Source: Camelus dromedarius | Taxonomy: Eukaryota | Direction: 5' to 3' | Assembly: GCF_036321535.1 (NCBI RefSeq) | Contig: NC_087437.1 | Coordinates: 108,750,001 to 108,814,000, forward strand | Length of the DNA stretch: 64,000 nt | In this document: piece by piece, positions 28,401 to 43,200 of the stretch | Layout: each line of letters begins with the position of its first letter | Numbering within the stretch: the stretch's first letter is position 1 | Program-made: the position numbers and the translations under genes | Notes under the pieces: generated by a model | What the model saw: the letters and a program-made list of their open reading frames with translations, nothing else | The model's database searches: none | Told to the model about the DNA's origin: nothing

Positions 28401-31253
28401 AGGGAACAAAAATGAAGTTATTAGAATATTTTCAAAATGTTATCATAATAAAGTTATTGCTAATTTATTAGTAAAACCACAGAAGTTTGGTTTCCACTAA
28501 GAAAATTATCAACATGTGTATTTCTTTAAGACTCTTTCAGGAACAGAACTAGATCTATTCACCTTGTACCACAGCAACTGCTGAGTGTCAACTGGTTGTC
28601 TTGCAAACAGCAAAAATATGACTATTCAGAGACAGAAAGGCTAAGTAAGATACTCATCTCATTTACTTCTTTTTCCTTCCCCAGAGTATAACAAAAATAT
28701 TTAAGCTTGCATGAAATTCAAACTTCAGAATAAAGCACTCTGTAATCTCAAACATACCTGCATTGGAAGAGACTGTCTCATCTTTTCCCATTCACTGTTG
28801 TCTGGCATTACACTTCCAATATAAACTCTCAGAAGATAAGTATCTTCACTCTCTAGAAGCGCATTTAGCAAATCATCAACAGCAGACAAGAGGACCTGAA
28901 GACTGAAAATAATGTGAAGAACTTAACTGCTGTAGTTATGCTATGACCAATTTGAACACCCTGGTACACATTAAATACTCTATGGCAGAGAATAGCTTAC
29001 CTGAACAAAAAGACAGACATAAAGGTAAATGACCCCTCTGCCCTCCCCCTGTGACATACACACAAGCAAAGAGGGGATTTAATCTAATAGTTATCACTTG
29101 AAATTGAGTGCTCCTTCTATTTCAGAATGAAAGGGACATGACCTATTTCAGATCAGTTATCTCTGAAATACAGCTACTTTGTTCCATGAAAAGAACATGA
29201 TGGTCAAAAAAAGATTTACCCCAAACCCAGTAGCTCTGGATGCAGTCTCTCGGTTTTCACTTTTATATATGGATTTAGGTATGACATGTGAAATATGTTT
29301 GCAATCAATCCCCTACAACAGTGGCTACTAGACCCCCCCCAAAAAAAAATAAACAATGAAGACCAGTCACTGTCTGTGATGGCCAAGAGAGGTTATGATT
29401 ACAATCCACACCAGCCTAAGACAGGGTAGCAGCATTACCACATCACTGACCATAAATTAGGAGTCTGGGTGCAGTCTGCTGAGCAGCTCGTGTTCAGTGA
29501 TGGTCCCTTTGCTGCCCTCTCTGAAGACAGCGGGCAGAGTGTGATTCCAGCAGACTGCAAGACCAGGGATGGGCAGGGCCTGGGTCTCCTCTGGCCAGTG
29601 TTACAGCCCTAGCAACTAGCACAATTCCTAACCGAGAACTTGCTCAATAAATACCGGTTGTATGAACAAATATGACTGAAAAAATGCAAAAAAAAAAAAA
29701 AAGGAAGAAAAAAAAATTAGGAGTCCAGCAGATATGCTACAACAAATCATTTTCAATTAACTGAGTATAAATGGATGATAATTAAAACAAAATCCTTCTG
29801 GAAAAATCTGTTTGGATCTTCTCTTAGAACCCTACAGATTTCTTACATAACAAGTCATTTTTCAAAGGCACTCATGGAATCTTAAGGATAATGATAAATT
29901 ATTAAAGAGATATTGTTTAACTAAGCACAAAAAAGGGTACCTTTTGATATCCAAAGATGAAGACTGAACTTGGTTCTTCAGCCACAGAGCAGACAAACAT
30001 AGGAAGGTACTCTGTTTATATGTGTCGCCAGTTTGATGGACCAATACATTCACACCAGAAAGCCAAGTATTTTTCAGTTTACAGATAAGAAAGTCTAAAA
30101 CCAAGATGTCAACAGTAATTTGTATCCCTCTGAAGTTACTATAATCAGTACAAAATGAAAGAACTCATTGTAGATCTGAGATTATTAAGGTAGCATTAAG
30201 AAAACATAAAATTACTATTCAGATGCCAAAACAAAATAACTATGTCATAGATACGCAATAATACAAGCTAGCTCATGTCATATAAAATGTAAGAATAGTA
30301 ACATTTTTAAAGTTAGCTTTTTTCTGCTCTGAACTTATTTATAAGAAAGTTGTCCTTTTGGAAAATTGAAAAATATTATATACCTTTTCCAAATAGAGAA
30401 AGTAGTATTAAAGAAAGGGTTGGGGAGGAGCACTCTCCATCAATAGTAGTTTTTAATATTCCTTTCGTAAATAAGTCTGAATTAACCCATAGGACACAAG
30501 GAATATAGTCCTCAGAACGGTAATCTCAATTTCATTTTAATATACACCAGGATTAAATGTTTTTAACTATTAGAGGAGATATTAATATCCCCTGTATGAA
30601 TACAGAAACTGAGGCATCAAAAAATTAAGTAACTTGCCAGAGCTACTGCATGAAGCAGCTAAGATTCTAACTCATCTATCCAACTCATCTGTCCCCTTCC
30701 AAAACTGTCTCCTTGAAAACAAGTAAGAATTTTAGATTAAATGTCTACATATATCTGTAGCTTGTTTTCTAAAACTGGAAGTGCTTAAGATCTGTAGCCC
30801 TTTACTCAAAATGCTTTCAACTTTCAAACATATTATGATTCAATTAATAAAGCCTGGGCACTTACACTATGAAGATCAGAGCCGGAGATTCCCAACAAAA
30901 CATTTGAGCAGTAGGCTATTACCTGGCAAATGTGTTTTTTCTTTGCTCTGAGCACATAACTGAAAGAGAGTTAATAATAAATCTTCAGCTGATGGCATTA
31001 GCAAGCATCCTTTTGCTGAGCTGAAATAGTTATAGGCCACATCACAGATAAAAGACACTGATGAGTCATTATTTTCAGCTTCTGAATATTTCTTTGCTTT
31101 GGATAAAGTTTCATGAAGTTTAACAATAATTCTTTCAACATATACTTCTCCAATCAAGTAATCTAAGAGAAAAAAATTCAAACAGACAAAATATAAAAAA
31201 ATATTAACAGTGTATTTTTTAATACTTTACTCTGGGTTAAAATTTCACCTTGG

Positions 31254-31284
<31 letters not shown>

Positions 31285-34200
31285 TTTTAAACTGTGTTTA
31301 TATATTACATGAAATAGAATTGTATCAAAAAATCAATCTGTTCTCTCTTTCATAAAAACCTTCACATCAAAAAGAAGTTTTAAATTAAGTTAAAAAAAAA
31401 CAATGCTTGACAAAATAAGAGTGAACAGATAAATTCACTAAAGCTAAAGCAAAATCCTTTAAAATATAAAGCCAAAAGTATTAAATACCTTCCCAGTCAT
31501 GCTATTTAAGGTGCTTAGAAAATTAAGTTATCTGAATGAACAAAGTCTTGTTATTCTCAACTAATACTACGCAAACTGAGCAGCAAGGAATCCCCCAAAA
31601 AGGTGGAAAAATTACTCCCTCCCTACTGAAAAACAAAAGCCGTATTTTTACCTACCATTTTGAACATGTTGGGATAATACTAAGCTTAAAAGAGTCCATT
31701 TTTCTGAGAAGTAAGATTCAGAAGATACTGTGGATTCCAAGTCCTTATTACAAAGATGATCTGCCAAGGCTACCAATTTCTCTCCAAGGATATCTCCTTT
31801 TAGCCAAGGAGTTACTAAAGCATATTTACCTGAACTAGAACATGCCTAAAACCACAAAGTTAAAGCAAAGATTAGAAGCAAGATCAAAAAGTGTATCTGC
31901 CCAAAATAAGACTTGTACCATACTGCCCCCCTTCACCATCACAGCCCCAACATTATCACCCACTCCTCCTCCTCAAGTTTTAAGGAAGCTGGTATCTTCA
32001 GTACTCCCCACGAAGCCTTGCTTTGTAAACGTCCATGCTTTGTTCATGCTATCTTCCCGACCATAAAATATTCCCCCTCTTCTTTATTTATCAAAATCAC
32101 ATCCACTACTTGAGAATCAGAAGAAATCCCACCTGCTTTATGAAGTCTCCCTCATCCATGCCAGCCCATACTCATCACTGCTTTTCTCTGAATTTCTAGA
32201 GCACTTACTGGATTGTATTATTATTTATAATGTTTCATCTGTGTTTGCCTTGTTTCCAATGAGATTGTAAGTTCCTTGAGAGCAGAGACTGTCTTAAACT
32301 TCTTTGATACCTGCTATCAACACTGCAGATATGTTCAATGAATAATGAATGGATGAACTTTAAAGACAGATTTTAAAATGCTCTATAAATATTAAATTTT
32401 TGTTCATTAATTTTGCTAAAATTAAAGAACAATTAATATACAATAGTGGTAAATTACTTTAATATGAAAAATGGGACTCATTTTTCCCCAAATTCTCTGA
32501 AATAGTTACTGGGGCCAGATATCTGACAGCACCTGGTTTATTTTCATGGGGTGGGAAAGCAAGGAAAAAAACTGTAAATCCACCCCCAAAAGCATGGTGA
32601 TCCATGTTCCCAGAGCTTCTTTTGCTTTAAGGGCTGAGAAGAAAGGAATTTGCAACTTGGTTCATTTCAAAGCAATCTGGAAAAAAAAAAAATCCAAGTG
32701 CGGATTGGGTAGTGCCTGAAAAACTATTTACTTCTTTATTTAAAAACTTATAGGTAACCAGAGCTTTTATTTTAGCTTTACCACTATCCTGGCTTTATGA
32801 CCTTGGACAAATCTCTTAACCAACCTGGGTCTATTTCCTAGTTTTAAAAAATGAAGATTAACTCGGAAAATCTCTAAGCTCCTTTTCTGGTTACAAAATT
32901 CAGGCTTGTTTTTAAAGAAGCTGACTTTAGGGCTCTGCTCATAAAGTTTGGGGTTGCATAAGAACAAGAAAAACTAGAAGTCAGGTAATCATAATACTGG
33001 CTGTCCTAAGATAACTTATTCAGTAAAACAAGTTATTTTATAGAATCCTACAGACTCCAGAAAATCAACTTCTGAATAAAACATTTCTCAGGTTAGCAAG
33101 ACTTCTGAAGTCCAACTTCTCAATGTTTTAACATATCCAAAGAAAGAATCTGAAGCTTTAAGGGGTTGAGGAGGCTAGTTAGTTACGGATATATGGGAGG
33201 TAAACACTGGTTGTGAACTTCCAAACACCACGCAGGGAGAGGAGTCTTCCAAACAGATGTATCTGAACTACCTGGCAGATACATTCCTGCGTTGCAAACG
33301 GACACATCAAGCCTCTCTTATCAAATTACTAACTACTCTTGCTCTGATTCTAGACTTATCAAGCAGCTTTCTCATAATTTGGCTTTTCATGTACACTGTC
33401 TATAAGGAGAAAAGGAACTGGATAAACTAATGCAAATGGTGTGCCTGATAATTTACTATTTTTCAAGAAGAAAATTAATACTCTATTTTTTAAAATAAAC
33501 TATTGTGGGAAATGGGGAGTTATTGTTTAATGGGTATAGATTTATAATTTTGAACGTGAAAAGGTCTGGAGACTGGTTGCACAATAATGTGTATATATTT
33601 AACACTACTGAACTGTACACTTAGAAATGAGTAAGATGGTAAATTTTATGTTATGTGTTTTTTACCATAATTTGAAAAGATGGGAAAAAAGAAACTTGTA
33701 ATCTAAAGAGTCATCTATGTAAAATTTTTAAATAATGAAAAAAGGCCTAAAAAAGGAAAAATTTTAGGTAGCTAGTCATAACAACATGTCTATGGTTGGA
33801 AAAGTATTGCATTATATCATTTACATCCGCATTAGGAAAGACACATAATTCATTTTAAAAATTTTCTAAATTGTTCATGTTCCTTGATTTCTTTTCATTA
33901 TTCTCGTCACTAATTTTCTTATTTAGTCAAACAGCAATTAAACAAAGGCTGGAAGACTTTAAAGTTTACCTGTATAATATTACAGGGTGAAACAATTTCT
34001 TGGTGTGTTCTAGTCAAAGCTAGAACCACTCAATCCATTTATATAGAAGAAAAAATAACCAGGATAAGAGTAGAAAGCTATAACCTTAGTTTAAAAGATA
34101 AACTAAGATAAAAGATAAAACATTTAACTCTTCCTTTGTTACCCACTAGAGAAGAAACACTGGATTTTTCCAGAATCTGTTCATTTTTCCCTGATGTTCC

Positions 34201-37200
34201 TAACCAGAAATATAATACTATAGAAAAGTCAACACCATAAGTCTTCACAAATTATGAGAAGAAAGTTACAATATTAAGGAAGTTCTCTAACACAGAACAT
34301 CTGACCACATACTAGTACCTGAATATGATTGCGGTTTTAATTTTTCTATACCTATAAATACAAAAAAAAGAAAAATCCCTAAGGTACCTTTTCAATGACC
34401 TGAAGAATAGAATTCCATTTCAGATCCACCTGAAAGAGGAAAAAGAGAAACAATCTGCTAGAAGAAATGGTAAATTGTAAAACTTTTCACAAATAAATGA
34501 AGTGACTATGGAACCACTACAAAACTAAAACTTTTTTTGGTAAGTCCAACTTTAAAAAGTATGAACTGAAAGAACCTACCCTTTTATACCAAGCTTTAGT
34601 ACTCTTCACACACTTAACGAACAGCTACCAAGAAGTCTCACACACTTTCCAGTCACAATTAAGAATATATTGCTCGTCTCTAAATTGAATTTCATAGTCA
34701 AGAAACAATCCCCAAATAACCCCCCCTCTTCAGGTCTCATTCTATTCATATACAATTAGTGCGAACTGTAAACCATTATAGTTTTAAAAGATACACAATA
34801 GTAATACCTCAGTTAGATCATCCAAGACAGCTTTTCTTTCCATATTACTATCACAGCAATGGAGGGCACTGTACAAAATGTCCACCAAAAAACCGGCATC
34901 CTTCCTTTGATCTTCATTTAACCAACCTATTATTTTCTGGTATAAAAACTGTACTGCGGGGTTTTTTTGTGCAAGTTTGGTTATTTCAAGAGGTTTGGCT
35001 TTGACAATACTTTGTTTTTCATCACCTAGTAGCACTTTAAATACTTGGCTTGAAGAGAAGGAGTTGAGCAGAGTGGAAAGAAACCTTAGATGTTGCTCTG
35101 ACTTCTGTTCATTGACATAATTAATACTCATCTCTGCTAGTTTACACACTAAATCTTCCAAAGGTTTTTTCCTTAGCGGAGATAGAAGGTCTGAACAATT
35201 GTGAGTGAGAGAAGGTTCAGCCAATATTTCAGAGCCTTCGCCGTTCTCTCCTTCTGAGGAGACACATTTTTCATTCTCTTTGTTACTCCCAGGCATCTCA
35301 TCAGCAAATCTAACCTTACCAACTTTTTTACTTGACTTCAAAGAGCTCTTTGGCTTTTGAAGGACCTGTAATAGGTTAGAAACACTCAAAACAGACTTAA
35401 CATCAGCTTCTGGCTCATTGATTTTCTCAACACAGATCTCTGAAAGTCTTTCCCAGAAATTCAGTAGCACTTTCTCCAAGCTGTGAGCCATTTTATCATC
35501 TTTTTGCAAATCTGCTTTGGATTCCCATGAACTTAAAGTTTCTGCCAAATGATTAAATAGCTGCCCATCTTGCAGTCTGGGGTCTTTGAGGACTGCATCA
35601 ATAAAAGGAATCAACTGAAAGAGAATGTAAAAATACAAAAGTTCAGTTTTCAAGAAAAATATGATTTTAACAAGGTATTTTTAAAACATTATGAATTTTC
35701 ATATTTAGTAACTGAAAAATGTGAATTTTTTACCCAGAACTCTGAAAACAGTTAACTTGAACTTGAAGATCTTTTTCATATTATACAAAGAGCCTAATGA
35801 TTTCACTGCATCCTCCCTGAATTACTTCTTTAATGATATAATCGACCAAGATTATTGGTTATTAACAAATAATAGTTTTCTTTGCACTTTCTGAACTTAT
35901 TCAAGTTCTTTGCTTTTTTCTAAGCCAAAATAAAAGACATATAAGACACACAGAGTTCAGAATGCTTTCTCTTAAATTCCAAACAAGAGAAATTAACTAC
36001 CTGAGACATCATCTAGGATCTGGCCTTATATAATCACATTAATCAATTTTCTACCATAAGGAACTGTATTTGAGAATCTGCTCTTATCACTGGTTCAAAA
36101 AGCCAAGCATGGTTGTTCACAAAAGGATAAATGTATTTGAGTATTTTAGAAGGAACAAGATGATAATTACATACTTTAAACTAAAATACAAAAGATTGAA
36201 AATTGCACCTTCTAAGTTTTGTTTTGCATTATTGCAACTTTCTAAAACAGGATTTGTACATCCAGAGACTGACTAGTACTCAGGCGTTATGCTATATGCT
36301 AGCAACTGACAGCATAAAAATTTTTATTTATTTGGTCAGAAATACACGTTATTACTTAATTTATAAATTATAAAAATAAAACCTTTGCAAGGAAGGCTAA
36401 TTAATACAAATGGCAGCAAGACAAAACGAGCTTGATTCTTTACAGTTAGTGTGCAAAGGCACTGATGATTTTTATGTTACAAATACCTGATCATTGATGA
36501 GCATCTCTTCCATCTCTTCCTCACCTAGGTTTTGCTGCATTATAAAACGTAAGCATTCAAAAAAAGCAGATATTACTGCTGAGCACTCGGAAAAGCTGGT
36601 TTTGGTTCTTTCTGTTGACAGCCTAAGAAATAATAACTGTGGCTTATTCTTTCATGAAAAAGAAAATAAACAATTCAGAAACACCAAAATAAAGGCATGG
36701 AAAAGGTATCATGCAAAAAGGAGGGGATTTTTTAAAAATAAAATTATTAAACTAAAAACTACAACAACAAAAATACAGCCCAATTAGAATATAAACTTGA
36801 AGAACTGTGAAAAAAAGCCTATCTTCAAAAAGGTATCAACAAGAGATAACATATTTATTTTCTATTCATGAACTAATCCACCTGCAAATTTCAAGAAAGG
36901 ACTTAACCAAAAAAAGAAAATAGTGCAGTGAAAAAAAAAATTTTTAATCATTAATAAAACTGGGTATCTTTTATTTATTAAGTTCAACAAATACACTAAA
37001 CATTTTAAGTGTAACTTTAAACAGCTATTATATTTAAGTCTATGAAAGTTTTAGAAACTTCACTGGTTCATTGTCTCATTTGGGTATTTGTATTTATCAA
37101 CGTACAAAAAAATGGCTCATCTGAAAAAGATCCAGGGATGGCGGGTATAGCTCAGTGGTAGAGCACATGCTTAGCATGCATGAGGTCCTGGGTTCAATTC

Positions 37201-40200
37201 CCAGTACCTCCACTAAAAAAAAAAAAAAAAAAAAAAAAAAATTGTTTGAAAAAGATCCTATTTCCACCAAAGGGCCTTACCATAATTTATCTCACTTTCT
37301 GCTGCATACTACCACTGAAGACTTGAAAGTACCCAAGAAAAGAATTCCAACTGTAATTCTCTGAAAACTTTAAAAGTGTTTAATGAACAGCACAACAATC
37401 TGGGGAAATTTAAATAAGACAATAATATATGTATCATTCTACACATTCATGAAAACAAGAAAAAAATCTCTTTTGCTTTAAAGGTCAAGAATTTAAATCC
37501 CTTACCCTGCAACAAGCGAGGTGAGAAAATTTTTGAAGAAATCCAACTTTGGATCTGTAATGGACTGAGGGAGTTTGCTGATAAATGGCAGAAGATAAGG
37601 ATATATGACAGTAGCTAGACCCCGACCTCCTTCACGAACCACAGCTGACAGCTTGGGAAACACACTTTTTTTTGCATTGACATGAAGCCAACAGTCCTTA
37701 CCAAAAAAAAAAAAAGATTATGATGATATTTAGAGATCATAAACATACATATTCCAGTTAAGAGAGAAGACATATAGGCTCTCAAAAATAAAAGTCAAGT
37801 ATTCTACCTAAAAAGGGTAAAAATCTCTTACCACCATTAAAAACTAAAACCCTGAAATTATAAGAAATTTATTATAGTAATCACATATCCGACTGGCTTC
37901 CAGGGCAATATTGATCAAAAATAATTACTTAACTTATAATATTTCTATTAAAGTTGCCCTCTAAAAGGGACAGCAATATTTAATATTAAATATAAGGTTC
38001 TGATATGCTGACTTCATTGGGCCCAAATAAGGTTTAGAGAATAATCAATACTGGCTGAACTGAAAGAAAAATAAAAACTCTATGTCATTTTATAGTCAGT
38101 TTATGATTTACATCAAGTTTTGGATTAAATATTTTATTTCCAAGAAAGCATTTCTCCAGTAAGTTTTCAATATTATAATCTGGTAGGCTTTCTTGGATGA
38201 TATCTAAGAATTCTAAAGTACAACTGAAAAACAGGTATTCCCAGATGGACTAAACGTACCACTCTTACATACCTCAATAGTCGTAAGTGTATAAAGTACA
38301 GCTTCCCAGAGAGCTGGGCATACAGTGGGGTCACTGTCATCAATGCTAAGAAGAACAGACGGGCTCACTTTAGATGCTTCTTCTTTCATCAACTGTGGAA
38401 TATGCTGGCACAAAGCAGAAACTAACTCAAAATAAGCTGAGCGGATCTAAAAGAAAAAAAGGAAAGCTGAATTAAATTAAAGTCTAGTAAAGCTATGATA
38501 AGATTTTTTTATTTATGGGTAAACAGCAGGTAGGTTTATTCATATTAACCCTCCTTCCAATAAAACTAAAAGGGCTAGAAAAAATACTTTTTAATATCTT
38601 CTTGAGAATATCACACGGCTGAAAAGACATTAGGAATTACCAAGCCAAAAGTGAAGGTGGAAAGAATTCAACTTTCTACCTCTTTGGCTAAAGCAAATAC
38701 AAATCCCCTCCAGTGTCAGATGTCTTCATTTGGGGGCTCAAGTTATTCCTATGAGTATACTAGCCAATACAAAGTTAAACACAGTCAAACAAAAAATAAG
38801 ATAGCATGATCCACTATTACCAGAAACAAAAGAAAACAGAAATATGAGGTTTTATTTATTTATTAATTTATTAATGGAGGTACTGGGGATTGAACCCAGG
38901 ACCTTGCACATTCTAGGCATGCACTCTACCACTGAGCTATATACCCTTCCCCCAGAAATATGAGACTTTAAATTTAAGAATTATCTGTCAGTTATAAACA
39001 GCATATCAACATTGTTTATTATTTTTATGGAAACACAAGTTTAAAGAAATCTGAAAGGATTAGAAAAAAGACAGCAGATCTGGAAAAGAACAAAGCACAA
39101 TTCCTAAACTAAAAATAAATAAATACACAAATAAATAAATAAAAGCACAATTTATAGTTTAAGAGCATCGGACTTAACATTGAGAGTCTACAACTATTTC
39201 CATTCAAGTCAGGAACAAGAAAAGGATGCCTCTACCACTACTTTTATTCAATATGATGCTGAGGACCTAATTAATACAGAGAAAAGGAAAAGAAAAGAAA
39301 AGAAAAAAAAACTGGAAATTAATGCAAATAACTATTATCATAGCAAAATAACAGACTACAAAAAAATATTTTTAAGTCTGAAGACAAACTACAAGAACTA
39401 ACAGGAGTTTGGCAGAGTTGCTGAATACAAAATTAACACACAAAGTATAGACTTCCTATACAGCAGAACCCAAAAGAAAATGTAATCAAAAAAGAACACC
39501 CATTTCATGATAGTAAGAAAATCCATAAAGATATGTTTAGTATGAAGCATATTATAAAATAATGTTTTAGGATGGCAAGGGCCTAATATAGCCTCAACAA
39601 CTGAGAAAAAGAAGAACAAAGTTGGAGGGTTTCAAGACAAACTATAAAACAGTAATAATCAAGACTGTGGTAATGATGTAAAGACAGACATAAAATGTAA
39701 TGGAATAAAGAGCCCAAAATTAAAATCCCACATACATGGTCAACTGAGTTTTGACAGAGGTGCCAGAGTGGGAAAAAAGAAAGTCTTTTCAACAAATAGA
39801 TACATACACAAAGAAGAATTTAACCTGCATCTTTATGCCATATACAAAAATTAACTCTAAACAGACCTAAACTATAAAACTTCTACAATAAAATATTAAA
39901 AATCTTTGCAACCTTGAGGTAGGCAAAAATTCCTTAGTTAAGACACCACAAGTATGAGCCATAAAAGAAAAAAAAAAAGATAAACTGGACTTCAAAACAG
40001 TCTCTCCAAAAACCATGAACAAAATGAAAAGGCAAGCCACAAACTAGAAGAAAACATTCATGATACTTTATCTGACAAAATACTTGTATCCAGAATAAAA
40101 AAAGCCATCCATAACTCAAAAATAAAAATCAAAACCCAAATTTAAACCTAGGCAAAAGAATATGGAGTAATGAGAGTTTGATATATTGATCTTTCTGCAA

Positions 40201-43200
40201 AGAACTATAGACTCTAAACAACTATCTGAGGGCTCTGAAGACTGAAATACACAATTTGGAGGGGGGAATCAAAACTTGGAGGAAGCAGTTCACACATGTT
40301 GAGTTCCCATTTTGTGCAGCTTTGCCCTGAAGGTGGCTGCAGTTGCCACCACCAAGGCACAGGGGCAGCTACAACTCCAACAGAAAGCCTTAGGTCCTTC
40401 TGGTCGGAGGAACTGGAAGAAGAAGGAAGGGGAACCCAGGTTAACCAAGGATGCAAGAGAGAGATAGGAAACTTTTGAAAGGAGAGAACCAAAGAAAAGA
40501 ATCCCCACATTCTGTGTGTAAACAGACTATATCTACATCTGACACTTGAACCATGCACTCGCAGGATAAACTGAAAGCAGCTTAAAGCTAAAGCTTAAGG
40601 AACTGAACTGAGATCTAAGATGTTGCCCTATGCGGGCATGATAGTTTGCCGTTTGAGTCTAACCAAGTTGATTGGCCACTAACATAAAGACATCAACACC
40701 CTCTGGAGCAATATAAAATAATCCAGTCTCCAAAACATAATATTCCATGATACAATCTAAATATCTATGTCTAGGATATAATCTAAAATTACTCAACCTA
40801 TAAAGGTTAGGAAAATGTGATCCTATCTCAAGGGATAAGACAATTAACTGATGCCAATCCCAAGATAACCCAGATGTTATTATCAGACATAGATTTTAAA
40901 GCAGATATTATAACTATATGCAGTGAAGTAAAGAAAAATATGGTAATAATGAATGAAAAAGCAGGAAATAAATACATGTCAATATACATTTGTCCAAACC
41001 TACAGAATATACAACACCAACAGTGAATCCTAATGTAAATTATGGATTCTGGAATGATGTATCAATGGAGGGTCATCACTTGTAAAAAATGTACCACTCT
41101 GGTGAGGGGATGTTGATAGGGGGAGGATATGTATGTGAGGGGCAGGAGGCATATGGGATATCTCTGAACTTTTTCAATTTTGCTGTGAACCTAAAACTGC
41201 TCTTAAAGTCTTTTTTTTTTAAACACATTAAAAACCATTCAGATCTTGTAGTAACCTATAATAAAAAAGAATATGAAAACAAATATATGTATATAAATGT
41301 ATGACTGAGACATTGTGCTATACATCAGAAACTGACACAACACTGTAAACTGACTATACTTAAATAAAAAAAATTTTTGAAAACCCAGTTTTATTAAGTA
41401 ACATATATTAAGTTAAAAACACAGCCAATGTTTTCTAACAAATGTAAGTGGAAAGTAGCCTTTAAAAATTGTGTAAAAATTAAAAATTTTAAGAATCCTT
41501 ATAAATAGGAAATTTCATCAAATAAGTAGAAAATACAAAAAACAAATAGAAATTTAAAATATTAAATAAAAAATGAGCAAAAAGGTTAAACAGACACCTC
41601 AGAAAAAAAAAGATACACAAATGGCCAATAAGCACATTGAAAAGATGTTTGATATCATTAGCCAGCAGGAAAATGCAAATTAAAACCACAATGAAAAATC
41701 TCTACCCCAGAGGTCAGTAAACATATTCTTTAAAGAGCCAGAAAATAAATATTTTAGAATTTACAAGCCATATGCTCTCTTAATTCTGCAATGTTAGCAG
41801 TAAGCAGCCACAAACAATATAAAAACGATTCACAAAAACAGGTCACGTGTGCCAGATTTTGACCCATGAGCTGTAACTTGCAAATCCCTGATCCTACACC
41901 CATGAGAATGACTTAAAACAATGGACAATGTGGAAGTAAAGATATGGAGCAACTAAAAAAATTTCATACATTGCTGATAAGAGTGTAAAATAGTACAACC
42001 ACTTTGAAATACTGATACATGCAACAACAAAGAATCTTAAAATCATGCTGAGCAAAAGAAGCCAGATACAGAGTAATAAATAGCTCCATAATATGAAAAT
42101 CTAAAAAGACAAATCTAATCTGTGACAGAAAGTAGATCAATGGTTGCCTGGGGTAAGGGAGAGGACTAGCAGGGACACAAGGTCCTCCTTTTGGGTGATA
42201 AAAATGTTCTATACCCTGACTTCAGTGGTTACGTGGGTACGTACACGTAGATGAGTGTGTATATCTGCCAAAACTCATCAAACTTTATGCTTAAAATGGC
42301 TACATTTTATTGAGTGTAAATTATACCCTAATAAAATTTGTTTAAAAGATTATTCTAGGATTTTTTTTAAATACCTGAATAAATTGAGAGATGTGATAGT
42401 AGCATCAGGTTCAATAACCTAAAGACAGTCAATCTTCTCAAACCATTCAGTGCAACCCCAATCAAAATTCCAGTTGGATTTTTTTTTTTTGAGGAATTCA
42501 ATAAACTTACTTAAATTTATATAGAAGAATAAAGTTCTAAAACAACTTAGTCAGACTTGAAGATGAGAAAAAGAGTGACTTACTTGAGCAATTACTAGGA
42601 CATATCATAATGTCACATTAACAGTGGTACTGGCATAAGAAGAAACAAACACCAAGAGATCAGAAGATCAGAGTTTTGAGAAAAACTCATGAACACACGG
42701 GAATTTAATGTACCATAATGGCAGGACCATAAATCAATGTGGAAAGAATAAACAGTTTACCAGGTGATGTTAGAAAAAGTGGCTCACTATACATGAAGAG
42801 AAATATAACTAGATCTCCACTTAAAACCATATAAAAAGGTGGATTATTGATGGATTAAAGACTTCATATGAAAGGTAAAACTACTTAAAAAAAGATATAC
42901 CTGTCAAAGAAGATACAGCTATTACAAATATAAGAGTATCTTTAAGAGTTAAAACTGCAAAAGGCTTTCATAAGGCAAAAATCAGTGGGTTTGATTATAT
43001 TTAAATTAAGATTTCTTTATAACAGAGGACACATGAAAGGTAACAGAATAGGAGATTATTTACAATGCCTAAAAATGGCAAAATGACTAATATTTAAAAT
43101 ATACACAGAACTCCAGTAAAATAAGAAAAAGAGAACTCCAATAGAAAAAAAAAAAAGAAAGATACAAACAAGTAGTTTACAGAAGAAACACAAAAATCTA

